Assembly: GCA_951406725.2 (NCBI GenBank)
Contig: OX597825.1
Coordinates: 83,700,001-83,764,000 of the forward strand
DNA length: 64,000 nt
Direction of reading: 5' to 3'
Source of the DNA: Octopus vulgaris
Taxonomy: Eukaryota
Position numbers and translations under genes: made by a program. The notes beneath the pieces are model-generated. The model searched no databases and was not told where the DNA came from. It saw nothing but the letters and a program-made list of their open reading frames with translations. Below, in pieces: positions 25,876 through 39,655 of this stretch; the stretch's first letter is position 1, and each line of letters starts with the position of its first letter.

Positions 25876-26749
25876 ATAATATCAAAAAGAGATGGAAATT
25901 AATATTGGAAATTAATAGTGGCCTAGTGTGGAAAAATTTAATCCGAAGACTAAACTAAAATCAGAAACCAATTGGTCCAGGAAATTAGATGGTAAAATTT
26001 TTTTGTTTTTTCATTTCGTCCCTGTCGAATTTTATCCCTAATTTTGTGGTTATAGAACCTAGCTATTCTTTCTAGCGTGTTGAATCCCATGAGTGGATTC
26101 CTCATGTGTTTAAATGTACACTGTATTTTATGACTATATAAATATATATATATAAAGAGAGAGAGAGAGAGAGAGAGAGAGACCACTGTTCTAACCTCGA
26201 TCCTTCACCCAACTATCATGTTCAAACATGGTCCGTTGTATGTTGCTCTGGGTCCTGCTTGTAATCCATCCGCCATAAAAGACTTTTGCTGATCAAAGAC
26301 ATTTAATATACCAAGAGCATCTCATAGGCATCTTAATTACAGAAACGTTGAAGTCGCTAAAAATAATATATACGCAAGCATTGTTTGACTGTGGTTTGCT
26401 GCAAAGAATATTGGACATAGAAATAAAACCAATTCGAAACAAATGATAATTTTGATCGATTAAATGTTTCCTTTGTCTTAAGATGGTTTTACATTCTGTT
26501 ACTTAATTCTTTTAATATAATCCATATTTCGATGAAAAAAATATGAATTTTTCTGGGCGTAGAACAACGGGTAATACAATAGTTAAGATACATTGAATCG
26601 CATTGAATGCATACTCACACTAGAAGAACGATCTTTTGTGAGTAAATGCATCAGAAATGTACTAAAAAGAAACTTAGTCGATGGTAGTCTATTAATTATT
26701 TTCTTAAGGTTGTTTATACAGATATTGTGTAGAAATTGTAACCACCTCT

Positions 26750-26965
26750 GATATTTGCTACAACGTTTCGTATTGATACGTCACTAACATCACACCGCTG
26801 TATGCGGTGGTTATATAAGCAATGTGTTTGGATGTGAGAATGGGTTAAATACAGGCTGATGAAGGGGTAAAAGCCCCCCGAAATATGGCATATACACTCA
26901 ATACCTTTGATCTCAATGTTTGTTTACTTCTGACGTCGCGATACGAAACGTTGTAGCAAAATATC
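26750..26965 (+). mobile_element. ~215-bp inverted-ended element with internal hammerhead-like motif
   Basis: Arms GATATTTGCTACAACGTTTCGTA (from 26750) and TACGAAACGTTGTAGCAAAATATC (to 26965); CTGATGA-A-GGGG..CCCC-GAAA at ~26856-26883. Confidence 0.6.
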
Positions 26966-27595
26966 CTTAACGAAATAATGTAAAGTGCATTGCTAACACT
27001 GTAGAACGTGGTGTTGACTTATAAAAACATTTAACATACTTTATAGCATACTATGGTTACAAAACGAAATGCCGCGTACCTACAAATAATAAGTAGTAAA
27101 TTTTAAATTATTTCCATTTATGTAAGAGTTTATATAAATAAACGCGTTGCAAAAGGTGAGAGGACGGACTTCACTCATGTGATCTTAGACGGGATGGATT
27201 TTGATTTATTATGAAATTAAGATCGCGATTCAACTACACAATGACACATAGAAGAGGAAATCATGAAATATATATTAAAATAAATATACGCCATTTAGTC
27301 AGAACTAAGTTCATGTAACGTGCTTTTGTAGCAAACATCGGGAAGGAAAAAATAGTATAGAGGAAATGATGTTGTTGTTTTTGGACGAGACCACGCTGTG
27401 ACTACCACAAACTATAAAACTTATTGTATGAAATACTGTGACTGCAGAATCACACTAAAATATTAATTCAGTGGGTGTTTACTTCGTACAAGCGCCTGAG
27501 CTCAACGTGAATTTAAAATTTAAAATCATTTCAAATTCATATACGAGTTAATATAAATACATATGTACGTGTGGGAAGTGCGTGTGGTGTGGTGT

Positions 27596-27634
<39 letters not shown>

Positions 27635-29251
27635 TTTTACTAAGAATGGTTTTTTCGCTGTTAGTGTGCATACCAATTTAGCAAATTATGCTTCCATTCT
27701 GTTAGAAGGAATAATATTCTTTTGAACGGTAGTTTAATATTCATTCAAGATATTCGTTTGATATTAGTTTGTTGGAGAGAACAATTGGAAATGAAAATAA
27801 ATATTCAGTTAAAATCCACTATTTAATGTTTTTTTATGTATAAATATCAAACTCTAATTTTACACCTAACAAAATAGCGCCATTTATTTCTGGATAGAAA
27901 ACGTGTTCAGAATTTTGCTCTTGGTAAATTGGTAACCGAGAGTGAAGATCTTATTAAAGACGTATTGAAGAATAGTACAGCAGAATAGTCAATAAAAGGT
28001 AAAAAAAAAACAATAGTTATCACCGCGTCTAGTGTGTGACTGCTACAACAAACCAATTCATTCAAATATATTTCTCATTGTTGAGTTAAGCGATCTCATT
28101 TATTTATTTTGTTTTTAAAGATGTTTTGAACGTAATTGAAATACATTCAGTGACTACGTTTGTTGTATTGAAAGAGAAAATCACAATTTTATGAGAATTC
28201 ATAGAAAGCAATGGAAACCAAATTGTATTCTGAAAGTAAATTTTATTGAATCGAGAATTCGCTTTGAGGAGTACTAAACAAAGACTTTTAATGATATTCT
28301 AAGGAAGTGATCCTCAAAGCGGACGGTAGCGCCTCCTCGGATGGAACGGTGAGAAAATGTATATAGATAATGGCGACAAAGGATGCAGTAGGGTTAGGAG
28401 ATAGATACATCTTTTAATCGCCTGAATTTCAAAAGTTTCTTCAATTTTTAATCTGTGTGCGAATTATCTGGTTACATTAATGTCCGAAGTATTTATTTCC
28501 CGTTACAAAATAATCTTATGATAATGATCAATCTATCACCAACAATTCTCTTTTCTCTTCTTTCCTTTTTTTCCTTTTGGTAGGTCGTGGGGATGGTGGA
28601 TGAATTAGATGTTACTGGGTTGCAACAAAGGAGCTTCGAAAAGGGGAGAAGAAAACAAAGTGGGCGATAGTTAAGAATGCTTGAGGCGTATTGCTCTTAA
28701 CCAAAGGCAGCTACATTTCGCAGAAATACTTAAGTTAATTCTTCAAGTACCATTAATATTTAATACCTTGTTAGTACAGTAAGCTGTTAAGCTACAGATA
28801 TAACAAAACCCCTGGATTAAACATATTTGAATATTTAATTCTGTCTCATAATTCTATATTTGCCTTCTGATATACGACGATGTCGTTCCAATTATTTACT
28901 CTCTCTCTCTCTCTCTTCCTTCTCTCTCTCTTCCTTCTCTCTCTCTCTCTCCCTATCTTTCTTCCTCTAGACGTAAGAGACAGTAAGATCAGAGTTATAG
29001 GTTGGAATGACTTTGAACGTAGATAAGGATGGTCATGGCTGGCATAGGCTTTAAAAATACCATCAGCGGTAGCATCACATTTAAACAAGACAGCCATTGT
29101 TTTCCAGTCTACGGTGGCTGATAATTTTTCGTTTTAAAATAGTCCCAAAACATTGCATTGGAAAACGGAAGACAGTTGTTTATACCCAAGTACCAGTACT
29201 TAGAAATCGGAGGGATAATATCGTGTCATGCCACAATAGCCAAAGTGTGTG

Positions 29252-29327
<76 letters not shown>

Positions 29328-29329
<2 letters not shown>

Positions 29330-29381
29330 TGTTTCTTTATTAGCCACACAGGGCTGCACACAGACGGGACAAATTACAAGA
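29328..29381 (-). mobile_element. Extreme 3' tip of the Tx1-like LINE abutting (GATA)n at 29253-29328
   Basis: ATGTTTCTTTATTAGCCACACAGGGCTGCACACAGA..ACAAATTACAAG, nearly identical to 30568-30619. Confidence 0.85.
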
Positions 29382-29456
29382 GATAGGGCGTGCTTGTTTC
29401 AGCAAAGGAGGGTCGACTTTGCAATTAAAGTGTAAATATAACAAAACACCAAATAA

Positions 29457-29873
29457 CTATTTCTTTACTACCCACAGGAGGTTAAACACAGAGAGGACAA
29501 ACAAGGACAGACAAACGGATTAAGTCGATTATATCTACCCCAGTGCGTAACTGGTACTTATTTAATCGACCCCGAAAGGATGAAAGGCAAAGTCGAGCTC
29601 GGCGGAATTTGAACTCAGAACGTAAAGACAGACGAAATACCTATTTCTTTACTACCCACAAGGGACTAAACACAGAGAGGACAAACAAGGACAGACAAAC
29701 GGATTAAATCGATTATATCTACCCCAGTGCGTAACTGGTACTTATTTAATCGACCCCGAAAGGATGAAAGGCAAAGTCGAGCTCGGCGAAATTTGAACTC
29801 AGAACGTAATGGCAGACGAAATACGACTACGCATTTCGCCCGGTGTGCTAACGTTTCTGCCAGCTCGCCACCT
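29457..29873 (-). mobile_element. SINE family A with two tandem 184-bp units
   Basis: CTATTTCTTTACTACCCACA recurs at 29457 and 29641; single head at ~29840-29873. Confidence 0.92.
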
Positions 29874-30144
29874 TAAAAGACCAAATACCACTTTCTCCTA
29901 AGGGCTGCCGATTCCGCCATTTACCGTTTTTGAGACGGACTAAGTTAGCTACTCCTCATTTCCTATTTACACTCATGGGGTGAACTAATGTGTGTATGTG
30001 TATGTGCGTATGTCTCTATGTGTGTGCGTGTTTCTGTGTGTGTATGCGGCTGTGTGTGTATGTGCCTGAGTCCCTGTGTGTGTGTGTGTGTGTCTGTATG
30101 TTTGTGTGTATTAGTATCAGTGTGTGTGTGTGTGTTTGTGTGTA

Positions 30145-30191
<47 letters not shown>

Positions 30192-30301
30192 GTGAGGCTA
30201 GGCTTTTGGCTTCGTGGTTTGAGGTTCGTCTCTTAAGACGGGCGGCGCGACCTTTACTTTATTTTATTGTTACTAAAAGAAGTATACAGCGAAGCGTTGC
30301 C

Positions 30302-30332
<31 letters not shown>

Positions 30333-30568
30333 CCCTCTCTATCTGTCTATCTCTTTATCTTTCTTTCACTTTCTCTTTTTCACTCAGTCTCCAGCTGCCC
30401 CATCCTAGAGGAGAGAACCTGGAGGCGGTTATCGACTTTTTTTTATTTTCATGGATCAATTGTGAAAAGCACGACTGGGTGTCTTTATCTACGTGCGACT
30501 TCTTGGGCACCTATATCTTATCATGTCACAAAAGCCAAAGTATGTGTGTGTAGATAGATAGTTAGATA

Positions 30569-30640
30569 TGTTTCTTTATTAGCCACACAGGGCTGCACAC
30601 AGATAGAACAAATTACAAGGTAGAGCTTTTTCTTTTGAAG

Positions 30641-30676
<36 letters not shown>

Positions 30677-31848
30677 AAGGGGGAGTTTCGATCAAAAGGG
30701 ATCGTAAAAGGAGAGAAAGAGGACAAAAAAAGGGGGGTTAAAAAAAAGGGGGGAGAGGAAAAAAAATTGATCAATAGGGATCGTTATCACAGAAATGTCA
30801 ATATGAAGTGTAAAGGGGAGGACAGGTGAGGTTTACCCGTGGAAAGAAAAGCTCTACGGAAAAGACCACGGTAACCTCGGTCAATGAAGTCACATTTTAT
30901 ATTTCTTTTTTTTTTTTGCAAATAAGCAACTCTCTGTTTTCGATTTCTGGGTTCATAGGACTATGCTCAAGGTGGCTTCGTCATTCATACGTGCCATTCT
31001 TGCTACATTCACCCATCTTTTTTTAAAACATTCGCTAGACAAAACTTGCCTCTCTACTCTCACTTTCCTTTTCAAGTGGTACTTGAAGAAGTTGATGAGT
31101 GATTGACCAGAGAGGAAAGTGTTTGTCTCCAATCCTTTCAGACGCGTCCACCAGATACATTCTTTCGCCATAGCCACAAGGATGATGAAAATAGCTCTTC
31201 CTTCCCGTTTGAAGGAAGGAGGCGTGACAATATTGACGATAGACTCAGCTGATAAACCGACTCGTCCCACACGTGACAGCAGTTGTTCGACATAAGCCCA
31301 CAGGTCCGGAAATTGTTGGACACTGAACGAGTGCGTGCAGAACGGTTTCGTCGCTCTGACCGCATCTCGGGCAGGTCGGCCCCGTGTTTCTCGAGCCGTG
31401 TCTGTAGAGCTTATCCCGAACGGGTAGCGCTTCTCGGTAGCACTGCCAGGCCAGGATCTCTGGAAGTTGTCCATGGGCCCTGGCCGTCGAAAGTCGTCCT
31501 GAACAGGCGGGTCAGGTACTCCTCGTCGACGTCCAGGTTCGCCCCGAGCTCGTCGTCGTACCTCCCCTCCACTAAACCCCTATAGAATGCTTTGGTTGTG
31601 TTGAAGTCACTTAAGGTCGACCCAGGACGGCAGAGTTGCTTGAGAGCAACGCGACACTCGCGGTGCCATTCGCCCTTCCTCGGCCTCTTTTTGATCCACG
31701 ACTGCAGTTCGGTCATGGAGACGAGCTGCGGGAAAGCGTGCCTCACAAACGGCGACCACACCTGTTCACCGTCGTCTACATAGAGCCAGAGATGCCGCAG
31801 TCTCAGCGCGTGTCTGCGCATCATCAACCACGGCATGCCCAGCCCTCC
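30569..31848 (-). mobile_element. 5'-truncated Tx1/L1-clade LINE (end of ORF2 plus 3' UTR), frameshifted
   Basis: GGLGMP post-RT motif, zinc knuckle CPRCGQSDETVLHALVQC (CX2CX8HX4C) in a shifted frame, stop near 30953, pyrimidine-rich 3' UTR with AATAAA. TSD TAGTTAGATA at 30559-30568 and 31849-31858. Confidence 0.88.
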
Positions 31849-31849
31849 T

Positions 31850-32024
<175 letters not shown>

Positions 32025-32550
32025 ATTTCCGTCTATCAGATCTTCCGACAAAGTTTTATTCGGGCCGCAAAGTAGCATATACTTCCATAAGGTGTCACGC
32101 AGCGGGACAGAACCCAAAATTATGCAAACTTCTTAACACACAGCCATGCCTACATTTATACACACATATATACACGTATGTATATATGTACGTAAGTATG
32201 TATGCATGTATGTACATGTGGGCGTATACCTATAATTTAGGCTGAATAAAACTTCACGGGACTACGCTAGCTTTTGGATTCATCTGGTAATAACGGAGTT
32301 AACAATAAGCATGTGTTTATATACACATAGGTTTATAATACCGTTGAAATCTCGCCAAAAGTTTGAAAATTAAGTTGTAATTTGAGTGGTTGTCAAAATT
32401 CAACAGAGCGAATGTAATAATTTACAGCTTACGAATAGAAAATAGAAATGAAAATGAGAAAATGCGAATAGAGGAAAGAAACAGAAAAAGATAGAATCAA
32501 ACCATCCTATACCAATGGTATAACAAACTCATATGCATACATTTATGCAC

Positions 32551-32618
<68 letters not shown>

Positions 32619-32634
32619 ATATATATATGTATTA

Positions 32635-32712
<78 letters not shown>

Positions 32713-32727
32713 CATTATTATTATTAT

Positions 32728-33195
32728 TGAGTGACAGAGCAGTGCATGCCATCAAAATGACACTGGGATAAGATATACGAAGCCCAATATACCTATCTTG
32801 ACTACTCGTGTGACAAGGGTACACTTGGCACTTGCATCACAACCGTATGTGCGCGACATGGTGATCTCATATCAAGATAAACAGTGTATGACCTTACAGG
32901 TGGGACCTAGTTAGGATTTTCTTCAGGTCGAGTAGCCCTTCCCGCTCAAAAGGTCCTTGAATAAGGATTGTTTATGGAGGTTGAACGAACCACTCGTGTT
33001 TCCAAAGGTGAATTATCCAAACCCCAAATAATTCCTTTCAACACACGGCTATGATGCTCCCCCACTACTTCTGCTCATGATCAGAGATGCACATATGGTC
33101 AGCCACTAAGGAACATGCTCAACTGGTTAAGGTCAAACAACTGACAAGCAAATCTGATATTGAGCAGAATATTTGCAGTAGCACATCTCTTATAT
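32728..33195 (-). mobile_element. Family F non-coding retroelement (5'-truncated) ending in (TAA)n at 32636-32728
   Basis: Matches 36597-37149 over ~460 bp. Confidence 0.85.
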
Positions 33196-33212
33196 GGGTA
33201 TATATATTTTGT

Positions 33213-33256
<44 letters not shown>

Positions 33257-33463
33257 TTGTCGCCCCAACATCGCTTGGCAACCGATGCTTGTGTATTTAT
33301 ATCCCCGTAACTTAGTGGTTCGGCAAAAGATATCGATAGAATAACTACTAGGCTTTCAAAGAATAAGTTCTGGAGTAGATTTCCTCAACTAAAGGCAGTG
33401 CTCCAGCATGGCTGCACTCAGCTGAAACAAATAGAAGCATAGAATAATAAAAGAATATATATG

Positions 33464-33506
<43 letters not shown>

Positions 33507-33508
<2 letters not shown>

Positions 33509-33707
33509 TCTTTTACTCTTTTACTTGTTTCAGTCATTTGACTGCGGCCATGCTGGAGCACCACTTTTAGTCGAGCAAATCGACCCCAGGACTTATTCTT
33601 TGTAAGCCCAGTACTTATTCTATCGGTCTCTTTTGCCGAACCGCTAAGTGACGGGGACGTAAACACGGTTGTCAAGCAATGCTAGGGGGACAAACACAGA
33701 CACACAA

Positions 33708-33762
<55 letters not shown>

Positions 33763-33923
33763 TATGACAGGCTTCTTTCAGTTTCCGTCTACCAAATCCA
33801 CTCACAAGGCATTGGTAGGCCCGGGGCTATAGCAGCAGACACTTGCCCAAGATGCCACGCAGTGGGACTGAACCCGGAACCATGTGGTTAGTTAGCAAGC
33901 TACTTACCACACAGCCACTCCTG
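33507..33923 (-). mobile_element. SINE family B, full length, with a plus-strand 3' half at 33210-33435
   Basis: Consensus match; tail-to-tail with the older partial copy. Confidence 0.92.
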
Positions 33924-33961
33924 TATATATGTATCTATATATATATATATATATATATATC

Positions 33962-34065
<104 letters not shown>

Positions 34066-34308
34066 GATATATATATATATATACATATAATTAGATAAAT
34101 ATCTATTTGAGTAAATGTGTAGATATCTATTTTGTTAATACGAAACAGACATTTGATAAGAGCAACGCGGCAGTTGCATTGATCCTATTTTAAACTTATC
34201 AGCATTCATTTGATTAATGGTTAACTATTCTCAGTTGGTTCAGGGACGAGGTCGATTGGCCTACATTTGGGGGTTGAAGAGGGGCCATCAAATTCCTTCC
34301 TTAAGGCT

Positions 34309-34377
<69 letters not shown>

Positions 34378-34551
34378 CCATTATTATATATATACGCAAA
34401 TATTAAGACAGTGCTCCGCGATGGCCGCAGTCAAATGACTGAAACATATAAAAGGGATAAAGAAAATGTGTGTATGTATATATAAAAAATGTATATATAT
34501 ATTTAATTATATATGTATGTATAATTATATGTGTATACATACTTACATATA

Positions 34552-34636
<85 letters not shown>

Positions 34637-35683
34637 GCAAGCACAAACTCATATGCTCTCAAATACAGATAAAACATCATATATATATACACACATATAA
34701 ATTTACACTCTGATCTCACATATAGATAAAACAATACATACATACTTATAAAACAATACATACATACTTATATGCATACATACATGCATACATACGAACG
34801 TACGTTCATGTATTCGCTGGTTTATTACACGTCTCTGAACCGTATCGTCGATATACGATGGCTGTATGTTTACAGTTTAGTTTTATGAAGCTCTCCACAC
34901 TGTCTTTCTTCTGTATTGACTAATTGGTATTTACATTTCAGACAAACTATTACGTCATCTCACTTATACATTACAACATAAACATACATTCATATGTAAA
35001 CAAAACAAACATCCTTTCCGTTTTCTGGACGTCTTCCAAACCGCCATTGATTTCGATGCAAACTTATAAAACTTTTCGGCTTCAGGAAAATATTTTTAAA
35101 AAAATACTGTTTATATTATTTCCAAATATAGATTAATAAATAAATATCCGTGGTGTTATTGTTATTGTTGGTGTTATATAAATAACAAGAGCAATAATAA
35201 TGATGACTGTTATTGTTGTTGTTGTTGTTATTGGATTATTAAAATCATTGGACCAAAAGTAAAAAAGAAAAATCGTGTACAAAATCCTTGCGGTATTTCT
35301 GCAGGACTTTTACGTTCTGAGCTCGAATCCCGCCGTGGTCAACATTGTCTTTCATCCTCCCGGCGTCAATAAAATAAATATCTCTGAAGAGCTGGGTTCG
35401 ATATGCGACGAAGAAGTCCAGGCACCACAAATTGCTGGTCTAGCACCAAAATTAGAAACAGTTATTATTTTCAAAGCGTTGAGCTGGTACAATCATTACC
35501 GTTCCGGATAGAATGCTTAGCAGCATTTCTTCCCGATCTTTACATCCTGAGATTAGTAGCCGCCATCAGGATCGACCAAATAAAGTACTAGTTGAGTCCT
35601 GGGGTTGATGTATTCGCCTAGCCACTCCCAACAAGATTTCAGGCATTGTGCTTATACTAGAAAGGATCAGTATTATTATTATT

Positions 35684-36240
35684 GAAGGAGAAAGCAATGT
35701 ATGCCATCAAAGTCAGACTGGTAGCGGGCTTGCTACCTGCATCCTAAGGTACCATGCCCTCCGTTCTTTCCAGTTATCTAATACTTTCCTGATTATTATT
35801 TTTGTAACAGTTCTACTGGGCACTCTATTCCGATTTCTTCTATATTCCTCTTGATGTCTTGTTCCCAAAGACCCAACGATAATTGACACTATCTCCACCT
35901 TCATTTTCTATTGCTGGGCTATTTCGTACTTAAGAGGGTTGCATCTATCTTTATTATCGCCTTCCTTCTTGACTATTCGTGGGTCAAAGTTGTATATAGC
36001 ACATGTGGTGCATCATGTTGACCACCGCTAGATACGGTCAATTATGCTCTAGCATCTGATCTGTTTGGATTGAGTAATCCCACAGGATTTTGCTAATCTC
36101 CGACTCCGCCACTCTCTACGGTTTGTTTTAATACCATATTTCGCCTCTCTCTAGCCCCTACTTTTCACACAGTTTCCAATATAGCCCTTTCGCTACGTGA
36201 CCATGTCTCCACAACTTGTAGTGGGTACTGCGCCTTCCTG
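35684..36240 (-). mobile_element. Degenerate Dong/R4-like non-LTR retrotransposon 3' end
   Basis: Minus strand (frameshifted) HYKLWRHGHVAKGLYWKLCEK...KILWDYSIQTDQMLEHN*P...MKVEIVSIIVGSLGT...IIRKVLD gives the RH(D/N), K-I-W-D and restriction-like endonuclease motifs of R4/Dong; 3' end abuts (TAA)n. Confidence 0.8.
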
Positions 36241-36588
36241 CGCATCCTGCTCAAAAGGTTCCTGGATAAGGAAGGGTTGTTTAACGGATGATGAACAAAA
36301 TACTCGTGTTCCCAGGGATGAATTATTGAAACCCAAAACAATCCTTCACGACAAATGGCTATGATATTCCCCCACTACTTCCGCTCGGGATCAAAGATGC
36401 ACCAAGGGACATGCTCAACTAGTTATGGTCAAACAACCAAACAACTGACAGGTAAATCTGTAGTATTCAGCAGAATATTTACTGTAGCCCATCTTTTACA
36501 CCAAGACAAAACAATGTACATGATAACACTTCCAATCAGTTAAGATAAGAAGCCACGAGAGCCACTGCCTGGTACTGCATCAGGTAAT
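36241..36588 (-). mobile_element. 5' ~350 bp of family F, fused directly to the Dong/R4-like fragment
   Basis: Matches ~36800-37149; similarity stops at ~36243, where retrotransposon coding sequence begins. Confidence 0.8.
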
Positions 36589-36596
36589 TTATTATT

Positions 36597-37149
36597 GGGT
36601 GAGAGAACAGTGCATGCCATCAAAGTGACACTTGGGTAAAATATACAAAGCCCAGTATATTCATCATGACTACCCGTCTGATAAGGATACACTAGGAACA
36701 TGCATCACAACCATATGTGCGCGACATGGTTATCTCATATCAAGGTAAACAGTGCTTGGCCTTGCAGGTGGGGTCCGGTTAGAATTTTCTTCTGGTCGAG
36801 TAACCCGCCCAAAAGGTTCCTGAATAAGGGTTGTTTAAGGATGTTGAACAAAACACCCATGTTTCCAGAGGTGAATTATCCAAACCCCAAAGAATCCCTC
36901 TCAACACACACCTATCATGCTCCCCAACAACTTCTACTCGTGATCAGAGATGCGCATATCGTCATCCACTAAGGTACATGGTCAACTGGTTAGGGTCAAA
37001 CAACTGACAAGCAAATCTCTGGTATTGAGCAGAATATTTGCTGTAGCCCATCTTTTATACCAAGACAAAACAATGTACTTGATAACACTTCCAATCAGTC
37101 AAGATCAAAAGCCAAGAGAGCCACTGCCTGGTACTGCATTGGGGCATTT
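36597..37149 (-). mobile_element. Family F, full-length ~550-bp non-coding element flanked by (TAA)n
   Basis: Minus-strand start AATGCCCCAATGCAGTACCAGGCAGTGGCTCTC, end GATGGCATGCACTGTTCTCTCACCC-AATAAT; no tRNA-like head and no convincing ORF. Confidence 0.85.
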
Positions 37150-37157
37150 ACTATTAC

Positions 37158-37215
<58 letters not shown>

Positions 37216-37496
37216 ATTGTTGTTGTTGTTGTTGAGTCGTTATCATCACCATTATCATCATCTTCATCAACTTTATCATTACTCATGACATCACCATGTT
37301 CCAATGCAAAGACGTCTTCGATATGAAACCATATTCACAGCAGAATAGAAATTTCTCCTCCAGCTTTGCCCGGGGCCCATTACGACGTAGAGCAAAATCG
37401 TTCCCCGCGCAAATATTCCAGCATTAAATCGATTCCTGGAGAAGCCATTTTACCAATTTAAGATCTAATTGCAATATTGCATTTCAGATGGAACCA

Positions 37497-37635
<139 letters not shown>

Positions 37636-38015
37636 AGTAACATTTAGTTGATATTATTGAATTAAAAGAATCGCTAGAGATTCAGAGAAATGCCTTGCGG
37701 TCTTTGTCTCCAGTTCTGTACTTTCTCGGTTCAAATCCCGCCTAGGACGAATTTACACGATCCTCTGTGTTTTATCTTTTACACGTTTTACTCATTGGAC
37801 TGTGACCATGCTGGGGCACTCTCTTAATGGGATTAGTCGAACAAATCCAGTTTAGTACTTGTTTTATTTTATTTATTTTGTCTGGCACTTATTCTATCAG
37901 GTCTGTTTTTGTTATTATTTTTTTGTCGAACTGCTATGCTACGGAGACATAAACAAACCAATCCGGGATATCAAGCGGTTGTGGGGGCAACACGCACACA
38001 TACACATATATATGT

Positions 38016-38046
<31 letters not shown>

Positions 38047-38887
38047 AGAGACGGTTTTCTTTCAGTCTCTGTCAACTAAATCTACATAAATTTTTTTTGT
38101 CGGCCCGGGGTTATAGTAGAATACAATTGCCAAGTTACATCCCTCTGGGGGTCGGTAGTATTAAGGAAAAATCAAATGTTAAGTTCTAAGATATCGACTG
38201 ACCCCATTCCCTTAAGATTGCTGGCCTCGTGCCGAAAGCAGACATTGTTGTTATAAACACCAATAGTATTGATTGCTTTTAAAGCGGCGAACTGGCAAAA
38301 TCCTTTGTGCATCGCACAAAATGTTAAGCAACATTTCTTTCGATCCTGACTTTTCTATTTTACGGCCTCGATAAAAGTACCAGTTAAACACTGAGGGTGA
38401 TGTAGTCGCCTTATCCTCCCCTAAAATTGCTGAACTTGTGCTGAAATTAGATTTCTTACCATTGTTGTTAAAGTAACGAGTCGGCAGAGTGTGAGGCCAT
38501 CATGTTCACTGCAGATGAAACGACCTTGGCCTTCTTTGGAGTAGATAAGGAGGGACGTTTACACAGCACGGATTGTCAAATTGTCTCTGGCTCACATCGA
38601 CATCTCTATCGTCACCACTACCACCACCACCACCACCACCGAAACTTAAGTTTCTAAAGGCATTGAGGAGTGGGGGTGGGGGAAAATTGACTTTAATGGA
38701 AATGAACTCAAAGCATAAAGAACCGAAAGGAATACCGCTAAGCATTTTGCCCGACGCACTAACTATTCTTCTAGTTCACCATAATAATACATACATTCGT
38801 GTTTGTGTGAACATATATATATATATATATATATATAAAGAGAGAGAGAGGGGGAAGAGATAGAAATAGATAGAGGGTTTTACGTGA

Positions 38888-38939
<52 letters not shown>

Positions 38940-39000
38940 ATATTATTTATATTTATCTATCTATCAATCTGTGTGTATGTATATATATATATATATATAA

Positions 39001-39048
<48 letters not shown>

Positions 39049-39566
39049 GTGGAGTATGTGAGTATGTATAGTATTGTATAGTTGGTTATATGGAGAAAGA
39101 AAAGGTTTTGTTTTGCCAGCCTTGCACCTCTAGAAAATCACGTAACATACATGTAAGATATTACACACAAACCGACTACAACAATAACCTCAAGAAAAAA
39201 AGTCTCCAAAATGTTATCGTCTGCTTTTGCTATCAATGTTTTTGTTGTTATTCGTTTGTTTCCATTACACACACACACATACATGTATATATACATATGC
39301 TTATATGTGTACATATATGTGTGTGTGTGTGTGTACATGTATGCTTTTCTCCGCTTTTTAAACTATTGGGCTGCTGATGTTACGTAAATAAAGATTGGCA
39401 GCAATATCTGACGCGCGAAGCTCAAGATAATATGTCCAGCTTTTTTAGAATAGGAACAAAGGGCGGGTGTCGAGTGTAGAGGGGTTCCCCTTTCTAAAAA
39501 ATGTCGATTATTACGATACAGATATATACAAACATGCCTACATTCATACATACTTACATACATATA

Positions 39567-39655
<89 letters not shown>

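Noticed and set aside
28304-28348. Possible 45-nt plus-strand exon (EVILKADGSASSDGT, GTGAGA donor)
   Set aside because: Poor polypyrimidine tract and no supporting neighbouring exons.
37020-37149. HDV-like ribozyme or TATA box at the 5' end of family F
   Set aside because: Could not build the nested pseudoknot by eye; the TATAAAA is not conserved in the second copy.
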